A stretch of DNA of 64,000 bases from an uncultured Acidobacteriota bacterium (GCA_963771395.1 CAVYTY010000021.1:5986-69985), one strand, 5' to 3'. Counted from the first letter of the stretch, positions 1-11,985 are shown. Numbers and translations: made by a program. The notes: generated by a model from the sequence alone, not told the origin.

Positions 1-180
1 TATCTGGCCGACCTCGTGGTGCTGTCCCGCAACATCTTCGAAATTCCGCCGCGCGAGATTCTCGAGACCCGGCCGGTGTTGACGATCGTGGGCGGCCGCC
101 TGGTATTCGACGCCGAGACGTCAGGCGGCTGGGACGCAGCGCGAGCCGCCGTGGCGGGCGGGCGCGGGGACGACCGATGA
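1..180 (+). CDS. C-terminal end of an amidohydrolase (YtcJ/Amidohydro_3-like), partial at window edge
   Basis: Frame 1 reads YLADLVVLSRNIFEIPPREILETRPVLTIVGGRLVF...*, the typical ADLVVL...TIVGG C-terminus. Confidence 0.75.
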   Translation, partial: YLADLVVLSRNIFEIPPREILETRPVLTIVGGRLVFDAETSGGWDAARAAVAGGRGDDR

Positions 181-345
181 GACTCGCGTCGCACTCCGCG
201 GTGCAAGGCCGCCTGCATTCGACCGGCGCTGCAGACCGCGGCCGCGTTGCTCCACCCTCTGCGCCCGCATTCCTGGTTGTCGCGCTCTGCCCCGCGGGCG
301 CCTCGCCGGTCTCGGTGCGACGGCTGACGTGCACCACAGGCTGCC

Positions 346-1291
346 ATGCGTGACCTGATCATCATCTTTCGCACTGCGTCTCAGATCGAAGCCGACGTCA
401 TCAAGGGGCTGCTCGAAACGCACGGCATCGAGACGCTGGTGACCTCCGATCTCTCGCGCACGGCGTTTCCGTTCTCGTCGAACGAGCTGCGGCTGTCGGT
501 CAGCGACGACGAGGCCGAGCGCGCGCAGCAGATCATCGACAGCCACCGCGACGAGGTCGGGTCCGGCCGGGTCGTGCCGTTCGGGAGCGAGTTCGAGCCC
601 CTGGAGCGTCTCATCGGCTACCGCTTCCGCGATCGAGGGCTCCTCGAGCACGCACTGACCCACCGTTCCCGGGTGCACGAGGATGCGAGCGGCGGCGTCA
701 TCGACAACGAGTCGCTGGAGTTTCTCGGCGATTCCATCCTGGGGTTCGTCATCGCGGACATGCTCTTCCGGGAGTTCCCTCAGCACAACGAGGGACAGAA
801 GTCGAAGCTGAAGGCGTCGATCGTCTCGGCGACGTCCCTCGGCCGGCTCGGCGAGCGCATCGGGCTCGGGGACTACCTCATTCTCGGCCGGGGCGAGGAG
901 AAGACCGGCGGTCGCCAGAAGCTGGCCCTGATCGCCGACGGGTACGAGGCGCTCATCGCGGCGGTCTACCTCGACGGCGGCATCGATCCGGTGCGGGCGT
1001 TCATCGAGCGGCAGTTCGACGCGCTCATCGAGGAAGCGCGCCGCACCGGCGCGCACGCCACTTTCACGGAGGACTACAAGTCAGCGCTGCAGGAGTGGCT
1101 GCAGTCTCACGACCGCGGGCTTCCGGTCTATCGGCTCGCCGCGGAGGTGGGGCCCGGCGCATCGCCGGCGCTTCGAGGTCGAAGTGCTGGTCAGCGGTCA
1201 ACCGATGGCGCGCGCCGAGGGGAAGAGCAAGAAGGAGGCGGCGCAGAGCGCCGCCAAGGCGGCGCTCTCAATGCTGAATGCTGAATGCTGA
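346..1291 (+). CDS. rnc: Ribonuclease III with N-terminal DUF2007-like domain (frameshift ~1155)
   Basis: ALTHRS, NESLEFLGDS signature, DYKSALQE; dsRBD continues in another frame (HRRRFEVEV...GKSKKEAAQSAAK); ~75 aa N-terminal extension. Confidence 0.93.
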
Positions 1292-1740
1292 ATGCTGAAG
1301 GGAATTGCGGATGACGAAAGACGAAAGACAAGGACGAATTGGGCAAGGACGAATTGGGCAAGGACGAAGCGTAGGCAATACGACACGCTTCCGTCAAAGA
1401 CGGGCACGCGCGGTTTTCTGGGATTGGGTGAAGATTGCGATTAGCTCGCCGGCTTCGACTCTTAGCGGCTTGGCCGCATCGGCATTCAGGAGCGCTGCTC
1501 GCGCGGTCAGGTCCAACCAGAAGTCAGACTCGTCGGCTTCCTCGATGACCGTTCCCAGCTTGGCGATGAAGTCGGCCCTCGACGTTGAGTCTTCGGAGCG
1601 TGCGGGAGGATACGAGGCAGATTCTGCCTGACTCGATCGATCGGAAATCCAGAATCTGCGACATTCCCACTTGACCACTTCCCAATTCAATTCGAATTTC
1701 AGAAGTTCAAATTCGAATTCAGCATTCAGCATTCAGCATT
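1270..1740. repeat. Element A: inverted heptamer arms (AATGCTG)4 ... (CAGCATT)3 enclosing further 7/15-nt repeats and a four-helix-bundle gene fragment
   Basis: AATGCTG x4 at 1270-1297, CAGCATT x3 at 1720-1740; GACGAAA and AAGGACGAATTGGGC repeats at ~1312-1368. Confidence 0.9.
1394..1582 (-). pseudogene. Four-helix-bundle protein (23S rRNA IVP/Avd-like family), C-terminal half only
   Basis: SRADFIAKLGTVIEEADESDFWLDL...EAGELIAIFTQSQKTAR; I did not find the N-terminal half (QLxRSxxSxxAN) upstream; the ORF runs open into the repeats up to 1732. Confidence 0.8.
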
Positions 1741-2942
1741 AGTCGATCTCAATGATGCCCCAGCTCTTGTCGCGATCGATCGCTGGCTCGCCGGTGCCGG
1801 CGAGCGCCAGGGTGCGTGCGGGCTCGGCGCTCGGCAGCCGGCTCACGACGTACTTGTGCACCTCGCGCACCACGTCGTCGTCGGAGGGCGGGGCCGGCCG
1901 GCAGTGGAGGCGTACCCAGAGGCGGATCATGGGATCGACGAAGCTGTAGCGCTTCTGGTGCGACACGATGAGATCGACATCCTCGAGCCAGGACAAGTAA
2001 TCCTTCGTCGAGCCCGGTGTGCGGCGCAGGCGCAGGGCAATCTCGGTGAGCGTCAGCGGCTCTTCCTCCGCCAGGACCTCGAGGATGGCCTTGAGCGCGC
2101 CGTAGCCGCGGGCGCGGTGGAGCCGGAGCTCGTAGCAGAACCTGCAGTGGAGGGCGAGGGCGCCGCCCGGTGTGAGGAGCGCGGCGAGCGCGCTGACGGG
2201 ATCGGCTGCGCCGCGCGTGGCCATGGCCGTGGCGGTGTCGACGAGCATGCGCGCGTACGCCGGCCGTCCCTCCGAGAGCGCCTGAACGAGGCGGGCCAGC
2301 TCGTCGCGGGCGCGGTCATCCTCGGCCTCGGACAGGGCGGTGGCTGCGCGATCGACGTCAGGGCCCGCGGGCAGCGTGGCGCGAATCTCGGCCGCGCCGA
2401 GCGGCGCCACGTGGATGATCTCGAACTGATGGGGCGCATCGCGCAGCACGCGCAGGGCCCGCGCCGAGTAGCGGGAGGTCAGCACGAAGCGGTTGCCGTT
2501 GGCCGCGAGCGCCGCGATCAGATCGCGCAGAACCGAGCGGAGGCCGGGAAAGCTCTCGAAGGTCCGCAGCTCGAGGAACTCGTCGAGCAGAAACGTCGCG
2601 GGCGTATCTCCCGGGGCGCGCGCGGTGGCGAGCCAGGCGAGCGTGGCATCGAATGCCGAGCGAGCGGTCGACCGGGAGCACGGCCGAGGGGCTCGTCTGA
2701 AACGCGAACGGCGACGCGTCGCGGATCGCCTGAAACAACCGTTCTGGCGTGGTGGCGATGCGCTCGACGTCGATGTACTGGCACGCAGTGCGTCCGAGGA
2801 GATCGCGGACGCGCAGGAGCAACGACGTCCGCCCGGTGCCACAGCCGCCAATCACGACGGGAATGCGCGGGCCACCGCCGGCGGTGCCTTCGAGCGCGGT
2901 CAGTACGCGCCGCTCGAGGGACGGACGCTCCGGAATCATCAT
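1739..2942 (-). CDS. P-loop ATPase (ATPase_2/AAA-like) with C-terminal winged helix (frameshift ~2670)
   Basis: Walker A-like GGCGTGRTS, Walker [36 protein letters not shown] overlaps the hutU stop (ATGA). Confidence 0.75.
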
Positions 2943-4610
2943 TGTCCCGATCCTCCAGCAGCCGGCATGTCGATGCCATGGCGGCGCGCCGTGTCGATCG
3001 CGCCTGGGTACCCGGCGTCCGCGTGACGCACCACCCCGAGCCCGGGGTCGCACGTCAGGACGCGTTGCAGTTTTTCGTCGGCCTCGCGCGTGCCGTCTGC
3101 CACGACGACCATGCCCGCATGGAGAGAGTACCCGATACCCACGCCGCCCCCGTGGTGCATCGAGACCCACGTCGCGCCGGACGCCGTGTTGAGCAGGGCA
3201 TTCAGCACCGGCCAGTCAGCGATGGCATCGCTGCCGTCGAGCATCGCCTCGGTTTCGCGATTGGGCGAGGCGACCGAGCCCGTGTCGAGATGATCGCGGC
3301 CGATCACGATGGGCGCCTTGAGCACGCCGCGCCGGACGAGATCGTTGATCGCCAGGCCGAACCGCGCGCGGTCGCCGTAGCCGAGCCAGCAGATCCGCGC
3401 CGGCAGTCCTTGAAAAGCGACGCGCTCGCGCGCCAGCCGGATCCACCGGCAGAGCGCCTCGTCGCCGGGGAACATCTCGAGCGCGAGGTTGTCGGTGGCC
3501 TCGATGTCGTCGGGCTCGCCCGAGAGCGCCGCCCATCGAAACGGTCCCTTGCCCTGGCAGAAGAGCGGGCGAATGTACTCGGGCACGAAACCGGGGATGT
3601 CGAACGCTTCGGCGACGCCGCCCTGCTGTGCTTGCGCGCGGATGTTGTTGCCGTAGTCGAAGACGATCGTGCCGTTGCGCTGGAACCTGAGCATGGCCCG
3701 GACGTGGTCCGCCATCGCGGCGACGGACGCGCCGCGAGTACTCGTCTGGACTCGCACGGCGCAGCGCCTCGGCTTCGCGGAGCGTCAGGCCGTTGGGGAC
3801 GTACCCGTTGAGCGCGTCGTGCGCCGACGTCTGGTCGGTCACGACGTCGGGCGCCACGCCTCGTCGCGCGAGCTCGGGCAGTACGTCGGCCGCGTTGCCT
3901 TCGAGGGCGATGGATCGCGCCACGCCCGCCTGCTGCCACTCGTCGACGCGATCGAGCGCGTCGTCGAGGTCCGACGTCCGCTCGTCGACGTATCGGGTCG
4001 CCAGGCGCCGCTCGATGCGGGCCGCGTCGACCTCGACCACGAGCGCGACGCCGCCGTTCATCGTCACGGCAAGCGGCTGCGCGCCGCCCATGCCACCGAG
4101 GCCGGCGGTCACGACAAGCCGACCGGTCAGCGTGCCGCCGAAATGGCGCCGCGCCAGCTCGGCCAGTGTTTCATACGTCCCCTGCAGAATGCCCTGGGTG
4201 CCGATGTAGATCCAGCTGCCGGCCGTCATCTGGCCGTACATGGTGAGCCCGCGATCTTCGAGATCGCGGAAATGCGCCCACGTCGCCCAGGCCGGAACGA
4301 GCAGGGCATTGGCGATGAGCACGCGCGGCGCCCACGGGTGCGTGCGGAAGACGGCGACGGGTTTCCCCGACTGCACCACGAGCGTCTCGTCGTGCTCGAG
4401 GCGGAGCAGCGTCGCGACGATGGCGTCGAACGCCGGCCAGCTGCGCGCCGCGCGCCCGGATCCGCCGTAGACGACGAGATCATCGGGACGTTCGGCGACT
4501 TCAGGATCGAGGTTGTTCATCAGCATTCGGAGCGCAGCTTCCTGAGGCCATCCTTTGCAGGTGATCGTCGCGCCTCGCGGCGCGCTGACATGGCGGCTGA
4601 GGGTGCTCAT
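2939..4610 (-). CDS. hutU: Urocanate hydratase (frameshift ~3730)
   Basis: [52 protein letters not shown] motifs split over two ORFs. Confidence 0.97.
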
Positions 4611-4685
4611 CGTGCTGACATGTGTGGGCGATGTTGTCCGTCGCAGAGCTTACACGCGATCCGAATCGCGCGAGCCGAAGGAAGC

Positions 4686-4728
4686 AATCTAAGAACGTAC
4701 GCGAGCGTTGTCAATTTGAAATTGAAAA
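4686..4728 (-). promoter_or_regulatory. Sigma70-type promoter for hutU with overlapping palindrome
   Basis: Minus strand TTGACA (4714-4709), 17 nt, TAGATT (4691-4686); palindrome TTGTCAATTT-G-AAATTGAAAA at 4708-4728. Confidence 0.7.
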
Positions 4729-4733
4729 ATTTC

Positions 4734-6272
4734 TTACTTGACTTCTGCAGCGATTGGGTTGAGCAGCGATCCGTTCGCAATCCCAGCGGCGATCGCATCG
4801 ATGTCGGGCGCCGGCGGCCGGTCGATGGTGAGCACGGGGAACGATCTCGCGCACGTGCGCGTGCACGCGCGCCAGCAGCGGCGACGTGCGCAGCGGGGCG
4901 AGCAGGTCGATCGCCTGGCACGCGCACAGAATCTCGACGGCGACGACGCGGCGCGCCAGGTCGAGCGCCTGTGCAGCCTTGAGCGCCGCGCCCATGCTCA
5001 TGCTCACGTGGTCCTCGCGGTTGGCCGACGTCGGGATCGAGTCGACGCTGGCCGGGTGGGCGAGCGTTTTGATCTCCGAGGTCAGCGCGGCCGCGGTCAC
5101 CTGGGCCATCATGTAGCCCGACTGCAGCCCGCTCTGGGCGGTCAGGAACGCCGGGAGACCGCTCAGGGCCGGATTGACGAGTCGATCCGATCGCCGCTCG
5201 CTGATCGTCGCCAGCTGGGCCAGCGCGATCGCCGCGACGTCAGCCGCGATCGCGACCGGCGCGCCATGAAAGTTGCCGCCAGAGACGATCTCGTCTGGTC
5301 TTCGCTCTCTCCGGAGAAGACCATCGGGTTGTCCGTGGCGGCGTTGGCTTCGGTCATGAGCAGCGTCCGCGCGAACGTGAGGGCCTCGCGCGCAGCGCCA
5401 TGGACCTGTGCGGCGCAGCGCATCGAATAGGCATCCTGCACGCGGCCGCAGTGCTCGTGCGACCTGTTGATGGCGCTGTCGGCGAGCAACCCGCGGATGT
5501 TGCCGGCTGACGTGATTTGTCCAGCGTATGGCCGCGCGTCGTGGATGCGCGGATCGAAGGGATGCACGGACCCGCGGAGCGCGTCGATCGAGAGCGCGGC
5601 CGCGACGTCCGCGGCGCGGGCGAGCCGATCGGCGCCCGCGACGGCGAGCGCCGCGACCGCCGCCGACGGCTGCGTTCCGTTGATGAGCGCGAGACCCTCC
5701 TTGGGCCCAAGCGTCACCGGCGACAGCCCCGCCACCGCCAGCGCATCCCGCCCGCTGCGTATCGTCGCATCGTCGGCCACCGTGGCGTGGCCTTCGCCGA
5801 TGAGGACGAGCGAGAGATGGGCGAGTGGGGCGAGATCGCCGCTCGCGCCGACGGACCCGCGGCCCGGCACCCGCGGGTGGACGCGGTGGTTGAGCATGTC
5901 GAGCAGGCGTTCGAGCGTCGAGCGGCGAATGCCGGAAAAGCCCTTGGCGAGCACATTCGCGCGCAGCGCCATCGCGGCGCGGACGATCCGGACCGGGAGC
6001 GCGTCGCCGACGCCGGCGGCGTGGCTGCGCAGCAGGTTCACCTGCAGGGCGCCGAGCGCGTCGAGCGGGATCGCCGTCTCCGCGAGCGCACCGAATCCCG
6101 TATTGATGCCGTAGACCGGTGCGCCACCGAGCGCCTGCCGGTCGACGACGGCGCGGGACGCGTCGATGCGGGCCACGGCGTCTGGAGAGAGTCCGGCGAC
6201 GTGATAGTCGTCGGCGATGGCGAGCAGCTCGTCGAGCGTCAGGCGTGAGCCGTTGAGGAAGATCATCGACAC
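4734..6272 (-). CDS. hutH: Histidine ammonia-lyase (frameshifts ~5290 and ~4835)
   Basis: [18 protein letters not shown] (MIO-forming ASG), [26 protein letters not shown]. Confidence 0.96.
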
Positions 6273-6356
6273 GTCGAATCACCACCGCACGCGCGCACCG
6301 CCAGGAGAACGGCGTTGCGCAACCGTCACGATGATTAAAGGTAGAATACAGCAGCC

Positions 6357-7650
<1,294 letters not shown>

Positions 7651-7652
7651 GC

Positions 7653-8379
7653 CTATAGTTTGAACTTGCTGCAGTGACTCGTCCATGGCGGACGCGTCGG
7701 CGTCCGAGAACTCGACCCCGGCTCGATAGCGGGGAGGCTCGGTCGGTTTGGGCAACTCGAACTTGGCCCACGCCACCGCGCCCCGGAACCGCATCACGAA
7801 CTCGTCGCTCGGTACGCTGATCCGTACCCGCTGGTTCGGCCGCAGGATGCTGGCGGAGATGACCTGCGCGCCCATCACCGACAGGTCGACGAGATTTGCC
7901 GGGTTGCCATCCAGCTGAATTTCCACGCCCTGCCGAATCCTGAATCGGGCGGCGCGTCGCGTGCCGTGCCAATCGAGCTGGCGCGGCGTATCATCGCTCG
8001 TGATCGGCGCATCGGCCTCGAAGTCGCGTTCCGCTGGCTCGGTGCCGCCGGCATAGACCGGGGGAGCAACCACTGCGGGCTCGACGACCGTGCCACGGGA
8101 CACCACGCGCGTGTAGTCGCCCGTATGCGACATCACGCGGATCTCGGCCTGCGACACCTGCGGGTCCGTCTTGATCCGGTTGATGAGCGCCGCGCCGCGC
8201 GGCGTGGCCGCGAACAGACGCTCGAGGACGATCAAACGCGGGTGCTGCTCGAGAATGGTCTGCAGCGCCTGGATGGGTTCCGTGTCGGCAAATGTGAGGA
8301 ACTCTCCCTCGTCGGCCAGACGCTCGCAGAGCGAGGGCGTCAGGTTGAGCGCTGCGATGATCACGGCTGGCGCAGACAT
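7653..8379 (-). CDS. PilZ-domain protein with N-terminal receiver-like domain (frameshift ~7676)
   Basis: RRAAR (RxxxR) and DLSVMG (DxSxxG) c-di-GMP-binding motifs; C-terminus GVEF; likely true stop TAG at 7653. Confidence 0.75.
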
Positions 8380-8441
8380 CAGGTCAGTTTATCATGCAGC
8401 CGAGACAGGCCGTTTTCTATACGTTTTCTATAATAGAGGAT

Positions 8442-9213
8442 GTGCGCCCCCGACACGCCCCCGGCGTCGTCCTCTTCGATCTTGACGATACGCTCTTCGA
8501 TCACGGACACGCCGCGCGGTCCGCGTTGATGGGTGTGCACGGGTCGGACAGCACCTTCACACGTGTGCCCTTCGCTGCCTTCGAACGGGCGCATGCGCGG
8601 ATCCTGGAGGAGCTGCACGTGCAGGTCCTCTCCGGCGAGCGAGGGCTGGACGATGCCCGGGAGGAACGGTTCCGCCGGCTGCTCGCGGAGTCAGGCGTGC
8701 GCGGCGACGACGATCAGGTGCGCGCCACCGCGGCATCGTACCGCGAAGCGTATCTGGCTGCCCGATGTCCCGTCGACGGCGCGCTCGCGGTCCTCGCGGT
8801 GCTCAAGCCCCGTGTCCGGATCGGCATCGTCTCCAACAACCTGCTCGAGGAGCAGCAGGCCAAGATCAGGTTCTGCGGCTTCGACCCGTACGTGGACGCG
8901 CTCGTCGTGTCCGGGGCGGTCGGCGTCTCCAAACCTGACCCGGCGATTTTCGCGCGGGCGCTCGAGGAGCTCGGATGCGCGCGCGCGGGACGCCGTCATG
9001 ATCGGCGATTCGTGGGCGGCTGACGTCGAGGGCGCGCGCGCCGCGGGGATTCGTCCGATCTGGTTCAACCGCACGGGCCGTCAGCCGCCCGCGGCGTCAG
9101 GCGGCGTGTGCGAGATCTCCACGCTGGCCCCGATGGACGCGCTCATGACTGCCATCTTCCATGCTGACTCGCCGTCAGACCTCGGGGCCGATCTCCGGTG
9201 CGCATCGGCATAG
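8442..9213 (+). CDS. HAD-family hydrolase (frameshift ~8980)
   Basis: VLFDLDDTL, IVSN, GVSKPDPAIF, IGDSWAADVEGARAAG; start codon uncertain. Confidence 0.88.
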
Positions 9214-10087
9214 ATCTCGGTGGGACGAAGATTGAAGCGATTGCGCTCGACGCCGACGGGCGCGAGCGCTTTCGCCACCGTGTCCCACACCGCGCGGCGA
9301 CTACGGCGCGACGATCGAGGCTGTTCGGTGCTGGTCGCCGCGGCCGAGCTCGTCGTCGGCGACTCGACGGTCGGCATCGGCATGCCCGGCGTCGTGTCCC
9401 CTGCGACGGGCCTCGTCAAGAACGCCAACTCGACATGGTTGAACGGCCGCCCGCTGTCGGAAGACCTTGCCGAGAGGCTAGGCCGTCCCGTGCGCCTCGC
9501 GAACGATGCGAACTGCTTCGCGCTCTCCGAAGCCACCGACGGTGCGGCGGCGGGCGTGCCCGTGGTGTTCGGCGTGATCCTCGGGACAGGCGTCGGTGGC
9601 GGGCTTGTTGTCGACGGTCGCGTGGTGACGGGCGCCAACGCGATCGCGAGGGGAGTGGGGCCACAACCCGTTGCCGTGGCCAGAGGCCGGCGAATGGCCT
9701 GGCCCTTCCTGTTACTGCGGCCGCACGGGGTGCATCGAGACGTTTCTGTCTGGGCCCGGCCTCGCGCGAGACCACGAAGGCAGGACCGGTCGGCGGCTCG
9801 ATGCCGCGGGGATCGTGACGGGAGCCGTCAGCGGTGACGCGGATGCAGGAGAGTCTGTGTCACGGTACGAACGGCGGCTCGCGCGCGGGCTTGCGTCGGT
9901 CATCAACGTGTTCGATCCCGTGGCGATCGTTCTCGGCGGGGGCGTCTCGAACATCGCGCGGCTCTACGACCGCGTCCCGAGGCTCTGGACCGAGTTCGTC
10001 TTCTCCGACGCCATCGTCACCCGACTGGTGAAGGCGGTTCACGGCGACTCGAGCGGCGTGCGAGGAGCCGCCTGGCTGTGGGAGTGA
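9198..10087 (+). CDS. mak: ROK-family sugar kinase, fructokinase Mak-like (several frameshifts)
   Basis: MRIGIDLGGTKIE, VKNANSTWLNG, ANDANCFALSEA, GEWGHN, CYCGRTGCIE, HGDSSGVRGAAWLW. Confidence 0.88.
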
Positions 10088-10091
10088 CGCC

Positions 10092-10153
10092 GGGGTCAGA
10101 TCTCGATTTTCTGATCCCTTCGGACCCCGATCAGAAAATCGAGATCTGACCCC
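10092..10153. repeat. Perfect 25-bp inverted repeat (REP-like hairpin)
   Basis: GGGGTCAGATCTCGATTTTCTGATC, 12-nt loop, exact reverse complement; 4 nt after the mak stop. Confidence 0.9.
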
Positions 10154-10233
10154 AATGCAATGACTGTGTCTGGAATTGATACAGGTGACCTGTTGACGCT
10201 TGGCCCACGGGCGAATAGTCTGGAGCGTGGAAG

Positions 10234-10536
10234 ATGACTACGGATCACCGTCTGAGCGCGAAAGCGCAGATCGATGCTCTGATCGCGATGCTGCGCGCGG
10301 ATGCCGGGCGGGACCAGCTGCAACCGCTCGTCGAGGAATGCGAAGCGCTGTCGCGTGCGATCGCCGCTTTTCACATCGAAGGCATACGCTTCCGGATGTT
10401 CAACGTCGACCGTCTGCTGAATCGTGCCGCGGTACCCGCGCCGGCGGGCGCGGCGCCCATGTTCGCGGACGTCCGACGCGAGCTCGAGGCCGCGGGCTTC
10501 CATACACGTTCGCACCAGGCACCGCCCACGGCGTGA
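10234..10536 (+). CDS. Hypothetical helical protein (100 aa)
   Basis: Host-like codon usage, purine-rich RBS-like sequence, amphipathic helices. Confidence 0.65.
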   Translation: MTTDHRLSAKAQIDALIAMLRADAGRDQLQPLVEECEALSRAIAAFHIEGIRFRMFNVDRLLNRAAVPAPAGAAPMFADVRRELEAAGFHTRSHQAPPTA

Positions 10537-10579
10537 CGATCAACGACTGTCGAAACGAGTGGCGGCGCCGGACGAGGAC

Positions 10580-11352
10580 ATGAGCGAAGAGACCGGTCCC
10601 ACAAGCGGCGCAAAAGGACGGGCGCGCGTCGAGCCACCAGACCTCAGCGAACGCGGCGGCCTGAAGCACGGCGAGCCTCAGCGCTCCGACGAGCGTCTCT
10701 TCATGCAGTTGCTGGCCTTCGGCGGCTGCCGCGACGTCCAGGCTGTCGCGCGGTATCTGGCGAGCGCGTCTGCGTCGTCGCGAGCGTCCTCTACGAGGAT
10801 CTGAACGATCCTCGCGGCATTGCGGTGCTGGCGCTTGTCGACCACCCCAACCAGTTCGTGGACGTCGTCCGCCCGGTGCTCGCCCAGGGGCCCTTCGAGG
10901 CGTTGGTGCTGAAACCCGACTACACGATGTTCGGCCGTACCTACGCGCTCGGCTACGAGCCCGATCTTCGAGAAACGCTGATCGATCGTCCGCGGCGGAC
11001 CGTGCTCAATCCTGCCTGGCGCTGGGCCATGTGGTACCCGTTGCGACGGAGCGGCCGTTTCTCGCAGCTGACGGCGGAGGAACAGCGCACCATCCTCGCG
11101 GAACACGGCGCCATCGGCATGACCTACGGCGCGTCCGACCTCGCTCACGACGTTCGCCTCGCGTGCCATGGGCTCGACCGCGACGACAACGACTTCGTGA
11201 TTGGTCTCATCGGCAAGGAGCTGTTCCCGCTGTCGGCATTGGTGCAGTCCATGCGCAAGACCCAGCAGACCTCGCTCTACCTCGATCGCCTGGGCCCGTT
11301 CTTCGTCGGCCGCACGGCGTGGCAGTCTCCAATGCTGAATGCTGAATGCTGA
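10580..11352 (+). CDS. Chlorite dismutase/coproheme decarboxylase-family heme protein (frameshift ~10780)
   Basis: WYPLRR, ILAEHGAIG (proximal His), CHGLDRDDNDFVI, MRKTQQTS, GPFFVG; GAGG RBS. Confidence 0.85.
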
Positions 11353-11460
11353 ATGCTGAAGTGAAGGCAGAATTGTGAACTTCGGAATTAAACTTCGAAC
11401 TTGGCAGGTCTGAATTCATTCAGCCTTTCCTTCAGCATTCAGCATTCAGCACTCAGCATT
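11331..11460. repeat. Element B: cargo-less inverted heptamer element (AATGCTG)4 ... (CAGCATT)4
   Basis: ~43-bp imperfect inverted arms with the same unit as element A; the left arm supplies the stop codon of the upstream gene. Confidence 0.9.
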
Positions 11461-11485
11461 GTGTAATACTCAAAGGGCGGACGAT

Positions 11486-11985
11486 ATGCTGAAGGGTTTC
11501 CGGAGCGCATGGCTGCGGGGCACGAAGGATCCGCTGCAGGCCGCCTTCGGTCCGCTCGAGCGAGCCGTCATGGACACGATGTGGCGCGGCGGCCACCTCT
11601 CGGTCCGAGAAGTGCAGGGCAGCTCGCCAATCCGGCCGCCTACACCACGATCATGACCACTCTCGACCGCCTCTACAAGAAGGGCCTGGTCCATCGCCGC
11701 CGCGACGGGCGCGCCTTCCTCTACACCGCGGCAATCGAACGCCACGATCTCGAGGCGTCGATGACGACGGGGCTTCTCAACGGGATGCTGTCGGGTGGTC
11801 CCGGAGCCACTCGCCCGTTTCTCTCGAACCTCGTCGACGCGGTCGGGGACAGCGACAACGCACTCCTCGACGAGCTCGAGCGCCTGGTCCGCGACAAGCG
11901 CGAGCGCCTCAAGAGCAAGCACGCGCGCGTCAACGATGATGGAAGCCCCGATGGAAGCCCCGGTGGAAGCGAGGACCAGACATGA
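11486..11985 (+). CDS. BlaI/MecI/CopY-family repressor (frameshift ~11620)
   Basis: FGPLERAVMDTMW, AYTTIMTTLDRLYKKG, RAFLY. Confidence 0.9.

Noticed and set aside
1394..1732. DGR (Avd-like gene) or rRNA intervening sequence
   Set aside because: No reverse transcriptase, TR/VR pair or rRNA sequence in the window
1856..3811. 651-aa plus-strand ORF and many similar long Arg/Ala-rich ORFs
   Set aside because: Antisense or off-frame shadows of real genes in GC-rich DNA, with no motifs
11938..11970. 12-bp repeat GATGGAAGCCCC in the BlaI gene tail
   Set aside because: Ordinary low-complexity linker duplication (DGSP DGSP GGS)
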